Under the pieces are notes generated by a model, which had not been told where the DNA came from, did not search any database, and was given only the letters and a program-made list of their open reading frames with translations. Of a stretch of 64,000 bases of DNA, positions 1 through 9,772 are shown piece after piece. The DNA comes from Desulfobacteraceae bacterium. GTDB lineage: Bacteria; Desulfobacterota; Desulfobacteria; Desulfobacterales; JAABSP01. The stretch spans positions 21,854 to 85,853 of the forward strand of contig JAABTD010000002.1 in assembly GCA_011390065.1 (NCBI GenBank). Reading direction: 5' to 3'. Both the position numbers and the translations under genes were made by a program. Position 1 is the stretch's first letter; each line of letters opens with the position of its first letter.

Positions 1-52
1 GAGAGTTGCAGTCGTGGAGCCTGAATACAATGATGCCGAGACCGATAACCAT
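1..52 (-). CDS. DUF503 (YlxP-like) protein, 5-prime fragment only; gene runs off the window
   Basis: Reverse strand from ATG at 52 reads MVIGLGIIVFRLHDCNS, resembling the usual opening of DUF503 proteins that often follow infB. Only 17 codons are visible. Confidence 0.3.
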   Translation of the reverse strand, partial: MVIGLGIIVFRLHDCNS

Positions 53-65
53 GAATAATAAGCGC

Positions 66-2999
66 TTACAGTTGGGGTTTGATTTCTTCCATGTAATAGC
101 ATTCGAGTTCGTCGCCCACCTTGATGTCGTTGAACTTCTCGATGCCGATGCCGCACTCGTAACCGGTCGCCACTTCCTTGACGTCGTCTTTGAACCTCCG
201 CAGGGAACCGATCTTGCCTTCGTAGATCACGACGCCGTCCCTGACCAGGCGAATCTGCCGGCCCCGCTGTATCTTGCCGTCGGTGACATAGCACCCCGCG
301 ATGGCGCCGACCTTGGGCACATGGAAGACTTCCCGGACCTCGGCGCGCCCCAGAACCCGTTCCTCGTAGGTGGAGTCCATCATGCCGACGATGGCGTCTT
401 CGACGTCCTTGATGGCGTTGTAGATGACGTTGTAGAATCGCATGTCCACATGCTCTTCCTGGGCCATCGATTGAATTTTCGCGGTCGGCCGGACATTGAA
501 CCCGATGATGATGGCTTCCGATACTGCCGCCAGGGAAATGTCCGATTCGGTCACCGTGCCGGTGGCGGCATGGATGACGTTGATGGCCACCTCTTCGTTG
601 GAAAGTTTGGTCAAAGAATCCTTCAGCGCCTCGATGGAGCCGTGGACATCAGTTTTGATGATGAGGTTGAGATCCTTGACCTCGCCTTCCTGCATCCGTT
701 CGAAAAGCTTGTCCAGGCTCAGGCGGCTTGTTTTGGCCAGTTCTTTGGACCGCTGCTTCTGGAGCCGGTGGTCGCTGACCTGTTTGGCGCTCTTGTCGTC
801 CTCCAGGGCCGCCAGTTCGTCGCCGGCATTGGGAACGCCGGAAAGCCCCAGTATTTCCACCGGAATGGCGGGGCCGGCCTCTTCCACCGGCTGCCCGAGA
901 TCATTGAGCATGGCCCGGATCTTCCCGTGATGGACCCCGCAAACCACCGAGTCGCCGGCGTGAAGCGTTCCGTCCTGGATGAGCACCGTGGCCACCGGTC
1001 CCCGGCCGGCGTCGAGTTTGGCTTCGACCACGTAGCCGACGGCGTGTTTGTCCGGATTGGCTTTGAGTTCGAGCACCTCCGACTGAAGCAGGATCATCTC
1101 CATTAAATCGTCGATGCCGGTCTCCTGCTTGGCCGAGACCTTGACGAAGATGGTGTCGCCGCCCCAGTCTTCTGGCACCAGGCCCTGTTCGGCGAGTTCC
1201 CGCATCACCCGGTCGGGATCGGCGTTGTTTTTGTCGATCTTGTTGACGGCCACGATGAGCGGAACCCCCGCGGCCTTGGAGTGGTTGATGGCCTCAATGG
1301 TCTGGGGCATCACGCCGTCGTCGGCGGCCACCACCAGCACCACAAGGTCCGTAATGGTGGCGCCCCGGGCCCGCATGGCCGTAAAGGCCTCATGGCCGGG
1401 GGTGTCCAGAAAGACGATTTGGCCGCTGTCCGTCTCCACGTAATAGGCGCCGATGTGCTGGGTGATGCCGCCGGCCTCGCCTTCGGTAACACGGGTTTTT
1501 CGGATGACGTCCAGCAGAGAGGTCTTGCCGTGGTCGACGTGGCCCATGATGGTGACCACCGGAGGGCGCCACGCCATTTTTTCGGGATCATCCGCGCCGA
1601 TCTGCATCAGGGTTTCTTCTTCAAAGGCGGCCCGTTCGACTTCATAACCGAATTCAGCGGCCACTAGGACGGCTGTCTCGAAATCGACCGTCTGATTGAC
1701 CGTGACCATCATGCCTTGGGACATCAGTTTCATGATGATTTCATTGGCTTTGATGCCCATCCGCTTGGCCAGATCGGACAGGGCGATGGTGTCGTCGATT
1801 TTGATTCGCCGTTTGATGGCCTTGGGCGTGGTGATTTGCGTCTTCTGGGCCGGAGCCTGTTTGGCTTTCTGGCCCTTTTTGCCCTTTCGACCGCGGCCGG
1901 CGTAAAGCGCCGCGCCTTCCACCACTTCCTTGCGCTTGAAGGAGATCTTTTTCTTGGCCCATCGATTTTCCTTCGGTTTTTTTGCCTCTTTTGCCTCTTT
2001 GGTCTCTTTGACCTCCTCCACCCCTTTTTTGCCTTTTTTCTTTCGGTCCTTGAGGGAGATCACCTCTTGAGGGGTCTCCTCCGGGGCGGCCGGTTCCTGG
2101 GGTTCTGCTTCCTGTTCTTCTACGGCGGCTGCCGCCATGTCTCTTTTGAAAGCCTCCGGCGCTTCTTCGGCCGGTTTGATGATCCTGGCCGGAGTGTCCC
2201 GCTTGCCTTTTTTCTTCTTCTTGGACTTGGCAGTCTTTTCGGCCTTGGCGTCCGTTGCGGCCTCGGTCGCCTTTTCCGGTTCAATCTCCATGGCGATTTT
2301 TTCAGGGGGCACGATCGGCTCTTTCTCCTCTGCGGCGGCGCCTTCGGTGGTTTCCGGCGCTGTTTCCTGATGGTCTTCCGCCGCCTCGGGCATTTCGGGG
2401 GCAGCTTCTTCGGCTGTTTCCGACGCCGGCGTTGTCACTGCGCCCGTTTGCAATTCTGTCGCCTCTTCTGGCTCTGAGGGCGTCTCTGCCGTCGACATCT
2501 CTTGCGGCGGTTCGGTGGCTTCCGGTGTTTTTTCCGCTGGGCGAGAGACCACCTTGGCAGGGAATTTCTCGGCGCCCTTGAACTTTTTGGCCGCTTTTTT
2601 TTCCTCTTTTTTCTCGGATGGCGCTTTCTCTTCGACTTCGACCGCTTCTTCCACTGCAGGCTCCTCCGTCAAAACGGCCGTTTCAGCAGCCGGCGGCATT
2701 TCTGCTTCCGCCGTTTCGGTCGCTTCCGCCGCTTCTGTCTCCGCCGATTCGCCTTCTGCCGGCATTTCTTCGGTTGCGGTCTTTTTGCGCCGGCGGATCA
2801 CGGTCGGTTTGACCCGGGTCGCCTCCATGTCTTCTGTCGACTTGCCGTGCAAATTCGATTTGACTTTCAGTACCGTATCTTCATCCAGAGAACTCATATG
2901 GCTCCTGACAGGGACATCCATGTCCTTTAACTTCTCCAGAAGCGCTTTGTTCTTCATATTCAAATCTCTGGCAAGCTCATAGACCCTGATATTTGCCAT
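66..2999 (-). CDS. infB: Translation initiation factor IF-2
   Basis: 977 aa. N-terminus is [13 protein letters not shown]. GTPase motifs are [20 protein letters not shown] and NKIDK. A long E/A/K/P-rich linker is present. Shine-Dalgarno (SD) AAGGGGGA lies upstream of the ATG. Confidence 0.97.
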   Translation of the reverse strand: MANIRVYELARDLNMKNKALLEKLKDMDVPVRSHMSSLDEDTVLKVKSNLHGKSTEDMEATRVKPTVIRRRKKTATEEMPAEGESAETEAAEATETAEAEMPPAAETAVLTEEPAVEEAVEVEEKAPSEKKEEKKAAKKFKGAEKFPAKVVSRPAEKTPEATEPPQEMSTAETPSEPEEATELQTGAVTTPASETAEEAAPEMPEAAEDHQETAPETTEGAAAEEKEPIVPPEKIAMEIEPEKATEAATDAKAEKTAKSKKKKKGKRDTPARIIKPAEEAPEAFKRDMAAAAVEEQEAEPQEPAAPEETPQEVISLKDRKKKGKKGVEEVKETKEAKEAKKPKENRWAKKKISFKRKEVVEGAALYAGRGRKGKKGQKAKQAPAQKTQITTPKAIKRRIKIDDTIALSDLAKRMGIKANEIIMKLMSQGMMVTVNQTVDFETAVLVAAEFGYEVERAAFEEETLMQIGADDPEKMAWRPPVVTIMGHVDHGKTSLLDVIRKTRVTEGEAGGITQHIGAYYVETDSGQIVFLDTPGHEAFTAMRARGATITDLVVLVVAADDGVMPQTIEAINHSKAAGVPLIVAVNKIDKNNADPDRVMRELAEQGLVPEDWGGDTIFVKVSAKQETGIDDLMEMILLQSEVLELKANPDKHAVGYVVEAKLDAGRGPVATVLIQDGTLHAGDSVVCGVHHGKIRAMLNDLGQPVEEAGPAIPVEILGLSGVPNAGDELAALEDDKSAKQVSDHRLQKQRSKELAKTSRLSLDKLFERMQEGEVKDLNLIIKTDVHGSIEALKDSLTKLSNEEVAINVIHAATGTVTESDISLAAVSEAIIIGFNVRPTAKIQSMAQEEHVDMRFYNVIYNAIKDVEDAIVGMMDSTYEERVLGRAEVREVFHVPKVGAIAGCYVTDGKIQRGRQIRLVRDGVVIYEGKIGSLRRFKDDVKEVATGYECGIGIEKFNDIKVGDELECYYMEEIKPQL

Positions 3000-3032
3000 C
3001 CATCCCCCTTAAATTCACCGCATTCACGGATT

Positions 3033-4481
3033 TTATATGTCTTCCGGCGCGTCGTCAGCGGCTTCCATCGGCGCCGCCTGGTTTTCGACATCCGTTTTTT
3101 CGGGCGCTGCACGTTCCGTTGCATCCGATGCCGATTCTGATGGCGGAATTTCCGCCGTTTCCGCTTCGGCGCTTTTCAGTGCGTCGTCTTCCGATTCAGA
3201 TGCCGTATCCGCTTCAGCGCTTTCATGTGCGTCGGCTTCTTCTTCGTTTAGCACATGCAATTTTGCTTGTTCAATGAGTTTTTCGGCTGTTTCTTCCGTC
3301 ATCTCCCGGACCGCCATCATGTCTTCCACGGTGGCCCGGCTGATCTCTTCAGCGGAAAAAAAGCCTTTTTCATAGAGGGCGTCCGCCTGACTGATGCCCA
3401 CCCCGGCCAGGGAGACCAGCGATTCATAGCCCTCTTTCATGGCTTTGCTGTAATGGCTCTCGCTTTTGACGTCGAGCCGCCATTTGGTCAGCTTGGAGGC
3501 GAGGCGCACGTTTTGCCCCCGTTTGCCGATCGCCACCGAGAGATACTCGTCCGGAACGATCACTTCCATGGTCCGGTGGTCCTCGTCAATGATGACCCGG
3601 GAAATTTCGGCCGGCGCCAGGGCGTTGCAGACAAATTTGGCCTGGTCCACATGCCAGGGAATGATGTCGATCTTCTCCCCGCGCAATTCCTGAACCACAT
3701 TCTGAACCCGGCTGCCCTTCATGCCCACGCAGGCGCCCACCGGATCGATGTCGGAGTCATTGGACGCCACAGCGAACTTGGACCGGCTGCCGGCTTCCCG
3801 GACCGCGCCCATGATGGTGACGATCCCCTCACTGATTTCGGGCACTTCGGTTTTGAACAGCGAGATCAGAAAGTTGGGGTGGCTCCGGGTCAGAATCACC
3901 TGGGGGCCGCGGGTATCTAGGCGGACATCCATGATATACGCCCGGACCCGGTCGCCCCGGCGGTAGACCTCCCGGGGCACCTGTTCCCGTTCCGGCAGGA
4001 CGCCTTCGGTCTGGCCGAAGTTGACAATTATGTCCCCTCGCTCGAACCGCTGGACAATGCCGTTGATGATCTCTCCCTTGCGGTCGATGAAATTGGCGTA
4101 AACGGCGTTTCGTTCGGCCTCTTTCATTTTCTGGATGATCACCTGCTTGGCCGACTGAGCTGCGATCCGACCGAAATCGGCAGTATCCAGTTTGATGCCG
4201 AGGCTGTCGCCGACTTCGCAATCCGGATCCAGACGCTTGCCCTCTTTCATGGTCATCTGGAGCTGAGGGTCGGTGATTTCAGCCGCCACCTCGCGGAACT
4301 GGAAAACTTCGATCTCTCCCGCTTCCTCGTTGTACTGGGCCTCGATGTCGATCCGGTTGCCGAACTTCTTTTTGGCCGCCGATTTCAGGGCTTCTTCCAG
4401 GGCGCTGATCAGAATATGGCTGTCGATGCCCCTGTCGCGGCTGACCTGTTCGATAACTCTTTTTATATCGGTGAAAAGCAT
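3033..4481 (-). CDS. nusA: Transcription termination/antitermination factor NusA
   Basis: 482 aa with an S1/KH-like core ([31 protein letters not shown]) and an acidic C-terminal tail. Position is the conserved one between rimP and infB. Confidence 0.96.
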   Translation of the reverse strand: MLFTDIKRVIEQVSRDRGIDSHILISALEEALKSAAKKKFGNRIDIEAQYNEEAGEIEVFQFREVAAEITDPQLQMTMKEGKRLDPDCEVGDSLGIKLDTADFGRIAAQSAKQVIIQKMKEAERNAVYANFIDRKGEIINGIVQRFERGDIIVNFGQTEGVLPEREQVPREVYRRGDRVRAYIMDVRLDTRGPQVILTRSHPNFLISLFKTEVPEISEGIVTIMGAVREAGSRSKFAVASNDSDIDPVGACVGMKGSRVQNVVQELRGEKIDIIPWHVDQAKFVCNALAPAEISRVIIDEDHRTMEVIVPDEYLSVAIGKRGQNVRLASKLTKWRLDVKSESHYSKAMKEGYESLVSLAGVGISQADALYEKGFFSAEEISRATVEDMMAVREMTEETAEKLIEQAKLHVLNEEEADAHESAEADTASESEDDALKSAEAETAEIPPSESASDATERAAPEKTDVENQAAPMEAADDAPEDI

Positions 4482-5033
4482 TTAACTGTCTCCGTTATGG
4501 TTGACCAGCCTGGCCCGGGAGATTTCTTCATAGGGAATGGAAACCGCCCTGTCCGCCGCCTGAAGCAGAACATGGTCTCCGGATACGCCCATGAGCACCC
4601 CTTGAAAATTCCGCTGGCCCTCCATGGGCCGTGCGATGCGTATTTTCGCCTTGCTTCCCGTGAACCGCTCGAAATCGACTTTTTTTCCTATGGGACGTTC
4701 CGGTCCCGGCGAAGATACCTCCAGGTTGTAAGCGCCGCTTTCTTCGAGACTCACATCCAGAAGATCCCCCAGTTCCCGGCTGACGCTCGCGCAGTCTTCC
4801 AGTTTCACGCCACCCGGCTTGTCGATGTAAAGTCGAAGGATCCGGCCGCCGGGTTCGCGCTGAAACTCCACATGGACCAGCTCCATGCCCTGGGATTCGC
4901 ACAGCGGCTCAGCCATGGCCGACGCCTGGACCACAATCTGCCTCATCCGTTCAGGCGAGATGGGCTTCTGGGCGTCGTCTCCGCGCCGACCGGACTTTCC
5001 TTTGGCGCTGGGTTTTGATTTTTGCGATTTCAT
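4482..5033 (-). CDS. rimP: Ribosome maturation factor RimP
   Basis: 183 aa, directly abutting the nusA start. RimP-like core (GMELVHVEF, LRLYIDKPGGV, LEVSSPG). GGAGG lies 12 nt upstream of the ATG at 5033. The basic N-terminal extension leaves the start slightly uncertain. Confidence 0.85.
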   Translation of the reverse strand: MKSQKSKPSAKGKSGRRGDDAQKPISPERMRQIVVQASAMAEPLCESQGMELVHVEFQREPGGRILRLYIDKPGGVKLEDCASVSRELGDLLDVSLEESGAYNLEVSSPGPERPIGKKVDFERFTGSKAKIRIARPMEGQRNFQGVLMGVSGDHVLLQAADRAVSIPYEEISRARLVNHNGDS

Positions 5034-5050
5034 AGGGATATCGCAGCCTC

Positions 5051-5082
5051 CAAAAAAACAAAAACGGGCGACCGCCCGTTTT
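5051..5082 (-). terminator. Intrinsic terminator between tRNA-Gly and rimP
   Basis: On the minus strand the stem is AAAACGGGC, the loop is ggtc, the return arm is GCCCGTTTT, and TTTGTTTTTTTG follows. Confidence 0.55.
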
Positions 5083-5236
5083 GTGACAATAAGTAAACCT
5101 TTTAAGTTAAGTGGATGTTTGAAGTTATCTGTTCATAAGATCACGCCATAAGAAAAGGTTACCTTCACCACTACTGCCTTTGCATAAAAGGTCTACTACA
5201 TGACCCCGCAAAACCGTCGGCGGTCGAAAAAACTTT

Positions 5237-5312
5237 TGGAGCGGGCAACGAGATTCGAACTCGCGACACCAAGCTTGGGAAGCTTGTACTCTACCAGCTG
5301 AGCTATGCCCGC
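5237..5312 (-). tRNA. tRNA-Gly (anticodon CCC)
   Basis: Reverse complement is GCGGGCATAGCTCAGCTGGTAGAGTACAAGCTTCCCAAGCTTGGTGTCGCGAGTTCGAATCTCGTTGCCCGCTCCA. It folds as a cloverleaf with a 7-bp acceptor stem, anticodon loop TTCCCAA, a TTCGAAT T-loop and an encoded CCA. Confidence 0.93.
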
Positions 5313-5331
5313 TCACTTTAATCAAGAGTGA

Positions 5332-5360
5332 TAATTAAGCCTTTTTTTTAGTTTTGTCAA
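5332..5360 (-). promoter_or_regulatory. Candidate sigma70 promoter for tRNA-Gly
   Basis: Minus strand carries TTGACA (5360-5355), a 17-nt spacer and TAATTA (5337-5332), about 20 nt upstream of the mature tRNA 5-prime end. Confidence 0.3.
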
Positions 5361-5403
5361 TATAATTTTATAATGCCCGGCTCCGCCGGGAAGCCGGTCC
5401 GAG

Positions 5404-5595
5404 TCAGCGGGCGGCGGCATAAACGACCAGAGATAGAAAACAAACTCCGACGCCGGCGGCGAAATATCCGCCTTTTTCCGCGTAGGCAAGGGCGCTGTAA
5501 ATTCCCAGAACAATAATTCCCAGGCCCATCAGCAGGCCGATGATGAGCGCCGGCGTGATGCGGATGTGTTTTCCGGGCTTTTTGCTTTTAGCCAT
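5404..5595 (-). CDS. Small 2-TM membrane protein (hypothetical)
   Basis: The ORF track gives 5404..5619. The ATG at 5595 (MAKSKKPGKH) overlaps the upstream stop by 8 nt. Two hydrophobic helices are present. Confidence 0.4.
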   Translation of the reverse strand: MAKSKKPGKHIRITPALIIGLLMGLGIIVLGIYSALAYAEKGGYFAAGVGVCFLSLVVYAAAR

Positions 5596-5911
5596 TTTTA
5601 GCGGGATCCTTTTCGTCAATCCTTTTCAGAATCTCTTCCAATTGGGCGTTGGTTGCAGCAGATGATGTTTTGATGTCTTTCAGAAGCCCGATGATGCTGT
5701 CCTCGTCTTCGCCGATCTGAGTGGGGCGGGGGTGTCCGGACCCCATTTGTTTGGAGATGTCGTCCAAACGAATCCCCAGGCCGACGATCAGGTAGAGCAG
5801 CAGCAGGTAGGCGAACTCCTCTTCTCCCCAGTGAAACAGAAAGCCGCCTGTGACAACGATGGCCAGAAAGACGAGGCTGGTGATGAAATAAGGGTTGCCC
5901 GGCAGTTTCAT
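5588..5911 (-). CDS. Membrane protein, 2 TM plus soluble C-terminal tail (hypothetical)
   Basis: 107 aa. Two clear TM helices are followed by a charged tail. Same strand as, and tightly packed with, its neighbours. Confidence 0.45.
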   Translation of the reverse strand: MKLPGNPYFITSLVFLAIVVTGGFLFHWGEEEFAYLLLLYLIVGLGIRLDDISKQMGSGHPRPTQIGEDEDSIIGLLKDIKTSSAATNAQLEEILKRIDEKDPAKNG

Positions 5912-5950
5912 AAGGGATAGGTTAGGTAGCGTCGAGGGGGTTGCGAGGGG

Positions 5951-6448
5951 TCACTTGAATATGTGCTTGACGGCCAGCCGTTCGAGTTCGGCGGCTTTTG
6001 GACGAAAGGCGACCATGGCCAGGGCCGAGATGAGGATGAAGGTGTAAAGGGTCGAATAGTCGTCTCCCAGGATGAACAGGACCAGGCCGTAAATGGCGAT
6101 GCTTTCGGAAATGGCCAGCGAAATGATGACGATGGAGACGTACTTGGACATGAACACCCGTTTACTGATCAGGGGCTTGCTTTCGACGCGCCGGCTGATG
6201 GGCCCCCGGGCCGTCGGCAAGAACATGGCCCTTCGGATGAAATAAAGGACCAACAGTTCGATCGCTGATACGCCCAGGAGGATGTTTCGCAGCAACCCGA
6301 CGGAAACGCCCGGCCCCTCCAGCCTCTGGATTCCCGGCGCCGCATGGCAGATCACCATGTACATGGCCAGCGAACTCAGCATGGCCCCCCAGATGACCCA
6401 TAAGGTCAAAAAATGTCGGTTCAGCTCTTTGTCTTGATCTTCCGGCAT
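5951..6448 (-). CDS. Polytopic membrane protein (about 4 TM, hypothetical)
   Basis: 165 aa with four hydrophobic segments. No recognisable catalytic motif. Confidence 0.5.
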   Translation of the reverse strand: MPEDQDKELNRHFLTLWVIWGAMLSSLAMYMVICHAAPGIQRLEGPGVSVGLLRNILLGVSAIELLVLYFIRRAMFLPTARGPISRRVESKPLISKRVFMSKYVSIVIISLAISESIAIYGLVLFILGDDYSTLYTFILISALAMVAFRPKAAELERLAVKHIFK

Positions 6449-6584
6449 CGATTCCTCAATCTTACATCAGCATCATTAAAACTTGATTCTATCCAGCTTT
6501 TCCGACCGGGTCAATCAGAATTATCGTCTCAAACAAAGATAAAGGCGCTGCAACTGACCCAAATACTGAGAAAGCCCAGACCCC

Positions 6585-8225
6585 ATGCCCCAGATACTGT
6601 TGATCCAGCCGCCCATCCGGGATTTTTATCTCACCGCCAAACGGACCATCCCCTACGGCCTCATGTGCATTGCTGAGGCCCTGCGGGAGAAGGGGTTTTC
6701 CGTGGCGATTTTCGACGGCCTGGCCACGGGCCGCTCCCGAATCATCGACTTGCCTTCGGAAATGGCGTATCTCGATTCCTATTATGGCCGGCCGGACCAC
6801 TCCCCTTTTGCTCTGTTTCATCACTTCAAGCACTTCGGCTACAGTTTCGAGCACATCGGCAAGATTGCCCGGGATTCCGGCGCGTTTCTGGTGGGCATCG
6901 CCTCCCTGTTCACCCCCTACGCAGAAGAGGCCCTGGAAACAGCCCGGGCCGTCAAGCGGTTTCACCCGGATTGCGCGGTTGTTCTGGGGGGGAGCCATCC
7001 CACGGTCCTTCCGGCAGCGATCATGGCGGAATCGGCGGTGGATTACGGCATCCGGGGAGAGGGAGAGACGGCCCTGCCGCTCCTGGCAAAGGCGCTGAAG
7101 TGCGGCGCGGACTTGTCCAGGGTTCCCGGGATAATATTCCGTAAAGCGGACGGCGGCATCCATGCGGCGCCGCCGGCCATGATGGCGCCGGATGCTGATC
7201 CCCTGCCGGCGATCGATCTGATGCAGCACGCCTTCTACCGGCGGGCCGGCAGGGGCAGCGCCGTGGTGACCGCCAGCCGGGGATGCCCGCTGAAGTGCAG
7301 CTATTGTTGCCTGGCCGGATCTCATTTGACCTATCGCCGACGGCGCGTTGAATCTGTTGTGGCCGAGATCGAGAAATGGGTGGGGCAGGGGGCCGCTGGA
7401 TTTATCGATTTCGAAGACGAAAATCTGACCCTGGATCGGGCATGGGCGCGGCGCCTGTTGGATGAGATTCACAAAAGGTTCCGTGGAAAGGATCTGGAAC
7501 TGCGAGCCATGAACGGGCTCTATCCGCCCTCCCTGAATGATGACATGATCCGGCGGATGCGGTCGGCCGGTTTCCGGACCCTCAACCTCTCCCTGGGGAC
7601 CACTTCCCCTTCCCAGCTCAGACGGTTCAACCGGCCCGACGTGCGCGACGGCCTGGAACGGTCATTGACCCTGGCCGAACAAATGGGGATGGGAGCGGTC
7701 AGCTATATCATCGTGGGGGCGCCGGGCCAGATCCCCGCTGAATCGGTGGCCGATCTGGTCTACCTGGCCAGGCGGCCGACCCTGGCCGGGGTGTCGGTTT
7801 TTTATCCGGCGCCGGGCAGCGCGGATTACAATCGATGCGAAAGGGACGGTCTCTTGCCGCCGCGGTTTTCCCTGATGCGTGCGTCGGCGCTGCCCATCTC
7901 CCACACCACGGATCGGACCGAGGCGGCCACGCTCCTGCGCCTGGGGCGGATCCTCAATTTCATCAAAGGGCTCTCTGCTCATGGCGTCGATTTGCCGGCG
8001 CCTGATTGGCATGTCCGACCCCGGCTCGATGAGACCGATCGCCGGGCCGCAGGCATGCGCCTTTTGGGATGGTTTCTGGGGGATGGAAAAATCCGGGGGA
8101 TGACCCCCGGCGGCGAGGTCTATGAGCACATGGCCGCAAGAGATCTGTCGGGGAGGTTTCTTCAGGGACTGGAAGCAGCGGGCGTTTTGATCCGGAAGGT
8201 GGTTTCAAGCCATTCCAGGGGGTAA
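6585..8225 (+). CDS. B12-binding-domain radical SAM protein
   Basis: 546 aa. The N-terminal Rossmann-like part resembles a cobalamin-binding domain (ILLIQPP... and the HPDCAVVLGGSHPT region). This is followed by the CxxxCxxC radical SAM motif in ASRGCPLKCSYCC. Confidence 0.8.
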   Translation: MPQILLIQPPIRDFYLTAKRTIPYGLMCIAEALREKGFSVAIFDGLATGRSRIIDLPSEMAYLDSYYGRPDHSPFALFHHFKHFGYSFEHIGKIARDSGAFLVGIASLFTPYAEEALETARAVKRFHPDCAVVLGGSHPTVLPAAIMAESAVDYGIRGEGETALPLLAKALKCGADLSRVPGIIFRKADGGIHAAPPAMMAPDADPLPAIDLMQHAFYRRAGRGSAVVTASRGCPLKCSYCCLAGSHLTYRRRRVESVVAEIEKWVGQGAAGFIDFEDENLTLDRAWARRLLDEIHKRFRGKDLELRAMNGLYPPSLNDDMIRRMRSAGFRTLNLSLGTTSPSQLRRFNRPDVRDGLERSLTLAEQMGMGAVSYIIVGAPGQIPAESVADLVYLARRPTLAGVSVFYPAPGSADYNRCERDGLLPPRFSLMRASALPISHTTDRTEAATLLRLGRILNFIKGLSAHGVDLPAPDWHVRPRLDETDRRAAGMRLLGWFLGDGKIRGMTPGGEVYEHMAARDLSGRFLQGLEAAGVLIRKVVSSHSRG

Positions 8226-8331
8226 ATCGCCGGGATATTCAAAGGCGGGAAACCTGTCGTCGATGAGATGAACCCTCCGGAGGCTCGCGTAGAGGACGAC
8301 ATGGGCCGCCAGGAGGGCGGCAAGCGCGAGC

Positions 8332-8376
8332 GCCAAAAAAAAAGAGGGGACCCGGAAAACAGCGTTTTCCGGGTCC
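8332..8376 (-). terminator. Intrinsic terminator downstream of the Cache-protein gene
   Basis: 13-bp stem GGACCCGGAAAAC / GTTTTCCGGGTCC with a 3-nt loop. On the minus strand it is followed by CCTCTTTTTTTTT. Confidence 0.6.
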
Positions 8377-8404
8377 TTGGGTCGCGTTGCCGGTCAACCG
8401 CGGA

Positions 8405-8884
8405 TTAGTACATCATGCCGCCGACATAGACGCCGGCGCCCACAAAATATTCCGTGTCCGGAACCCGGTAGATGTAAGTGAGCTTTTTTGAGGGGGTGGA
8501 CTGTCCGGGTTTGGGCCACATATATTCCACCCAGCCGTGGCCGACGTTTCGGGCCAGGTTGACGAAATGGACGAAAAGCGCCTTGTCCGTGGGGTCCGTG
8601 TAAAGCAGGACATGGTCTTTTTTGGTCAGTTCGGGCTGGAAGGGGTGGGCGATCATCTTGCCGTCCAGGTTCATCAGAAAAACGTAGGAATCTTTCCACA
8701 CAAAGGGGCCCTGAGGATTGTTGAGGATGTTGGCCGCTTCCTCGACGCCTTTGGATGTCACCATGGAAGCGGCCTCGTGGCAGCGGACCACGCATTCGTC
8801 CTTGGTGGCGGACGGCCCGGCAACAGCCGTGGCCGCAAAGCAGAGAATGACCATTATCATTGGAACCAGATACTGTTTTTTCAT
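8405..8884 (-). CDS. Secreted single-Cache (sCache_2-like) domain protein
   Basis: 159 aa with a signal peptide (MKKQYLVPMIMVILCFAATAVA). The Cache pattern is YVFLMNLDGKMIAHP ... GHGWVEYMWPKPG ... KLTYIYRV ... YFVGAGVY. SD GGAGGGAG lies upstream. Confidence 0.7.
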   Translation of the reverse strand: MKKQYLVPMIMVILCFAATAVAGPSATKDECVVRCHEAASMVTSKGVEEAANILNNPQGPFVWKDSYVFLMNLDGKMIAHPFQPELTKKDHVLLYTDPTDKALFVHFVNLARNVGHGWVEYMWPKPGQSTPSKKLTYIYRVPDTEYFVGAGVYVGGMMY

Positions 8885-8965
8885 AACTCCCTCCTGATCG
8901 CATTCGGTTGAGGGCGTCCACGTCGACGCCCGATTGATGGTTGGTTGATGGTCATCGAGCCGGGT

Positions 8966-9535
8966 CTATTTGATCCAGGGTTTGCCCACCGGCAGCACAT
9001 CCCTGCCGAAAACCTGGGCATAGATGACATGGGCCATCATGTACCAGGCGGAAAGGGCGGCCAGCATCAGTTCCCATCCGGCCACCACCGTCATCTGAGG
9101 ATAACCGAAATGGGCCAGATCCAGCAGGATGAAACCGATCAGAAGCAGGGTGAAGGTAATGGCCATGGCGGTATGAATCCTCATGGCCGCCACCCACATG
9201 ATGGCGGTGTAGAGCGTCCACACCACGAGAAACCATCCCACGTCGGTGGTGCTGGAGTGGTAAATATTAAAATAGTTTAACATGAAAATGACGCCCAGGG
9301 CAACCCAGAAAGAGCCGTAGGAGACGAAAGCGCTGAAGCCGAAATTGTTGCCGCATTTGAATTCCTGGAAACCGGCGATCATCTGAGCCAGACCTCCGAA
9401 AACGAACGCCAGCGCCACGACGGGGCCGATACCGCACCAGCCCACGTTGTGGAACTGCAAAATCAACGTGGTGAGACCAAACCCCGCGAGCCCGACAACC
9501 GCCGGATTTCCTTGTGGTGTTTCTGCATTTGCCAT
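8966..9535 (-). CDS. GPR1/FUN34/YaaH-family acetate/succinate channel (SatP-like)
   Basis: Family signature NPAVVGLAGFGLTTLILQ near the N-terminus and six TM segments. The ATG at 9535 has AGGAGG 9 nt upstream. The ORF-track start at 9583 is probably too long. Confidence 0.85.
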   Translation of the reverse strand: MANAETPQGNPAVVGLAGFGLTTLILQFHNVGWCGIGPVVALAFVFGGLAQMIAGFQEFKCGNNFGFSAFVSYGSFWVALGVIFMLNYFNIYHSSTTDVGWFLVVWTLYTAIMWVAAMRIHTAMAITFTLLLIGFILLDLAHFGYPQMTVVAGWELMLAALSAWYMMAHVIYAQVFGRDVLPVGKPWIK

Positions 9536-9675
9536 AATCTGAAACCTCCTTGAAAAAAGATTGAAAATGAAAAAAATCAGCACCGCGCTGATGGGTTAAC
9601 GGGCGTATTCGAGCCATGAACTGGATGAATGTCATTCAGTAATTAGGCGGCAGGATACTACAAGGGATACTTTAA

Positions 9676-9691
9676 AGCAAAACATGTGCCA
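9676..9691 (-). promoter_or_regulatory. Sigma54 (-24/-12) promoter
   Basis: The minus strand reads TGGCACATGTTTTGCT, which fits TGGCAC-N5-TTGC exactly. It lies about 140 nt upstream of the SatP-like start, next to a sigma54 activator gene. Confidence 0.7.
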
Positions 9692-9772
9692 GCCCATCGA
9701 AATGGGCGACAACATCCGAAAAATAGACCGGTTTGTCCGGCGCGGCGGCATCCATCCGCCGGGGAGAAGGAT

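Noticed and set aside
2000-2800. Highly repetitive Glu/Ala/Lys/Pro-rich coding tract and the many overlapping ORFs within it.
   Set aside because: This is the variable low-complexity N-terminal linker of IF-2, a known feature of the family. The overlapping ORFs are compositional artefacts.
5125-5325. 66-aa ORF on the minus strand.
   Set aside because: It completely overlaps the tRNA-Gly gene and its flanks, so it is not a protein-coding gene.
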